This document shows, piece by piece, positions 61,411 through 64,000 of a stretch of DNA of 64,000 nucleotides. The stretch is from Camelus ferus (taxonomy: Eukaryota), in contig NC_045696.1 of assembly GCF_009834535.1 (NCBI RefSeq), positions 111,106,001-111,170,000 of the forward strand, read 5' to 3'. The notes below the pieces were generated by a model. The model searched no databases and had not been told where the DNA came from. It worked only from the letters and a program-made list of their open reading frames with translations. The stretch's first letter is position 1. Each line of letters starts with the position of its first letter. The position numbers and the translations under genes were made by a program.

Positions 61411-62629
61411 CGCACCGAGGCTACCACCTGCCATCACTTCCCCTACAAATACCTCCAAAGCCACAGTGTATCCATCCTTGAGGACTCTGTGCCTTCCTGA
61501 TCAAACATCTGATGACTGAATAAATAACTGAATGAATGTATAATGGATGGTTCTAGCTGTCCAGATTATGGCTCCCCAAGGCAAATAATCTTGTGCTTAT
61601 TTCATATTCATTAAAACCTTTCCTCATCAAATCTGTCTGGACTTGTTGTAGGCCAGCAGACGTGTTGTCAACAGAAAGTCCACCCAAATATTTATGGAAG
61701 ATCTACACGTCTGAGGAGAATTCTAGTTTTCACTTTGTTTGTAATGGGAGATAACAAGAAAAATACACATTTTTCTCAGTCAGGATTTAAGAAAGAAATT
61801 CATAATCCTTCCTCCCAGAAAACTCTTCTTCCATCTTTACTCCCAGAGGTTTCATGCTGAGCTTCAGCAGAATGTGAACTGGGTACTGGGTGACCTCCAA
61901 AGCCATTTTTTATCTCTGGTTCTAGGAATCTGTGATTTTATGTCCTCTTATTGTGGTGCTTTTTCCAACCCCTTTTCGAGAGGAAGTGTCAAGAACTAGC
62001 ATCACGTGTGGCTGTGAGGGGCCCGGGGTGCCTCAGGCACCAAGCCTAACCGATAATCCCGCTGCTTCTCCAGATGATCACCGGGAAGTTTCACCAGGAA
62101 GACCTCTCTGGGGCTTTCATATTTACTGAAAACAATTTTTTTAAAAATCCCAATTGGCTACTCATCATACTGGCAGCTCCATTTTAACTAACAGTGAGAC
62201 TGTGTTAGATGTGTACAACGTGTTTCTTTGGGGTTACAGGATTACTGTCCTTGCCCACCTTGAATATCCTTCAAATACCTATGGCCTTGACACATGGGTG
62301 CTCCCAGTATCCCTCAGCCAACTGGCCAGTCTGCTCTGACTCACACAGACTCTCCCTTCTTCACATACGAGCCGGCCAGCCTCCCCCGCAACCCCCCGCC
62401 GTGGCCAGGACTATGGTGGAGGAGCCGGTCCCGGTGGCAGTGCTAGGTCCCAGACAGGCGAGTGCCCACCCCAGTCACCCGCCTAGCAGGGCCCCACTCA
62501 GCTTCACCCTCCTGTGAAAGATGACAGGAAGTATGGTCTCTGTGGCACATGGCACTGGGGGTTAAATATTTTCAATAGCAACCCACACATCCCCACTTCC
62601 CCAGAGGAAAGCATGGCTTCCTTGTGTGA

Positions 62630-62850
62630 TGAATGCCTTATTTTTGTAGAGTAGCCTGCAGCTTTCAAAGTGCTTCACGCCCATCACTTTCTTTGATTGT
62701 TCAGCATTTCTATGAGGAAAGGGGACATGGTACCTCCATTTTACAGATGAGGAGGTGGATAACTCATCTTGAGGACCAGTCCGATGGACCTAGAATGAGA
62801 ATCCATGCTCTCTCACCCCTAGACCAGCGTCATTTCTATTCTGCTCTGAC
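62630..62850 (-). mobile_element. MIR SINE
   Basis: ctttcaaagtgcttcac...cctccattttacagatgaggag. Confidence 0.7.
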
Positions 62851-64000
62851 GCCTGACCCAACTCCTACTTTATACTGTGGCTCTGAATTGCAAATATTTT
62901 CGCTCTACACATCCATCCAGGGAGTGCCTGCAGGGAAGCCTAGACTCCCAAAACCATGCTTGTAGACCAGTGTTCACAGGCATGCAAGATTTGAAAATGA
63001 AATAGACCAAGGACGGAGAGAGGGTTGCCCCATGTTGTTGCGCCAGCTACCACCATTATCTCATTAAAGAAGTGACATGTTCACCATAAAAATAGGAAGG
63101 GAAATAGTTTAGAATCAGGGTTTAGCCTTTCCTAAGAAACAACCATTAAAGCAGTTTAGGTCATTCCATTCTTAAAAATATAATTATATTTTTCAATTTA
63201 AATGCAGAAACATTTAAATAATTTTCCTTTATGCTTTGTATATAATTATTAATCGACACAAGTTTGTTGATCTGAGTTCATATATATATATGTATATATA
63301 CACACAAATACATGTGTAAATATATATTCAACAACGTAGGGAAAAACCGTTACTCCAATTAACTTCATTTTGATCAATATCATTACCAAATCTCCAGGTT
63401 CATACATTGTTTGGAAATGACACTCTCTGGCGCTTCCTCACGCAGCTTTTTTGACTATTCTGGGCAAAGAAAGAAGTTGGGAATTAATTGTTTCCACGCC
63501 ACCAGCTGCTTTTCTGACCGGCTCTCTCTCTGGAGCGCCAGGAAGGCAGTGGGTAGTTGGCAGAGCATGTGTCTGGCCGTCAGTAGCGAGTGCTGAAGGA
63601 AGGGGGGTGTGGCACCTGGAGCCACGGCAAAGACCCAGGACTGAGGGCATGGCCCTGACGCACAGCCCCACCGCCTCGTCAGCTGCAAGTCGTCGGTCAC
63701 CGTATCGCAGTGCAGACCCGACTGTAAGAATCACTGGCTTTGTTTACGTGCTATGCCTGAAAGACTCTATTTTGTTTTAAGAAAATGACACAAGCAAGTT
63801 TCTACCTGTACTGTCTCTGTCAACCCCTACAGAGATCTGCTTATATGCAAGAGAAATCGGGGAGAACGCTGTGCGGAAGACGTTGTACTAAAGCACACAG
63901 AAAACATACATGACGCACTAGGAAAGACTGAGAGAAGGATTCTTGTCCTTTCTGCCTGTGATACCTCAGGGTGTTTCTAGTTATTTCAAGGCAAGTCATG

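Larger units (their letters stand above)
29895..64000 (-). other. LRRC3B: Part of the long first intron of LRRC3B (first exon/promoter not in window)
   Basis: Upstream of the acceptor; no other coding exon or large CpG island seen; fits the known layout of a non-coding first exon far upstream of a single coding exon. Confidence 0.65.

Noticed and set aside
1..64000. Other 60-146 aa ORFs in the track; tRNA, rRNA or CRISPR-like arrays
   Set aside because: ORFs are low-complexity or repeat-derived, many with non-ATG starts and no domains. No structured RNA gene or repeat-spacer array was seen.

Overview
Mammalian genomic DNA, probably a cetartiodactyl and most likely a camelid. This rests on the L1 3' tail types and on not seeing Alu, B1/B2, BovB/Bov-tA, PRE-1, CHR-2 or Can-SINE. 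The only supported gene is LRRC3B on the minus strand. Its whole 259-aa CDS (28951..29730) lies in one terminal exon, with a splice acceptor at 29894/29895 and a poly(A) signal at 28653..28658. Sequence above ~29.9 kb is read as the long first intron (first exon outside the window); sequence below ~28.6 kb is downstream intergenic DNA. The rest is decayed transposons (MIR, L2, L1 3' ends, MaLR/ERVL/ERV1 solo LTRs, MER5) and microsatellites. Repeat families were named by eye, so subfamilies and most boundaries are approximate. I see no convincing novel system. Best leads: (i) four upstream ATGs packed before the LRRC3B start, (ii) five ERV LTRs 4-11 kb upstream of the coding exon, three MER41-like and in the gene's sense orientation, and (iii) an intronic GC-box/G-quadruplex pocket at ~60.5 kb.
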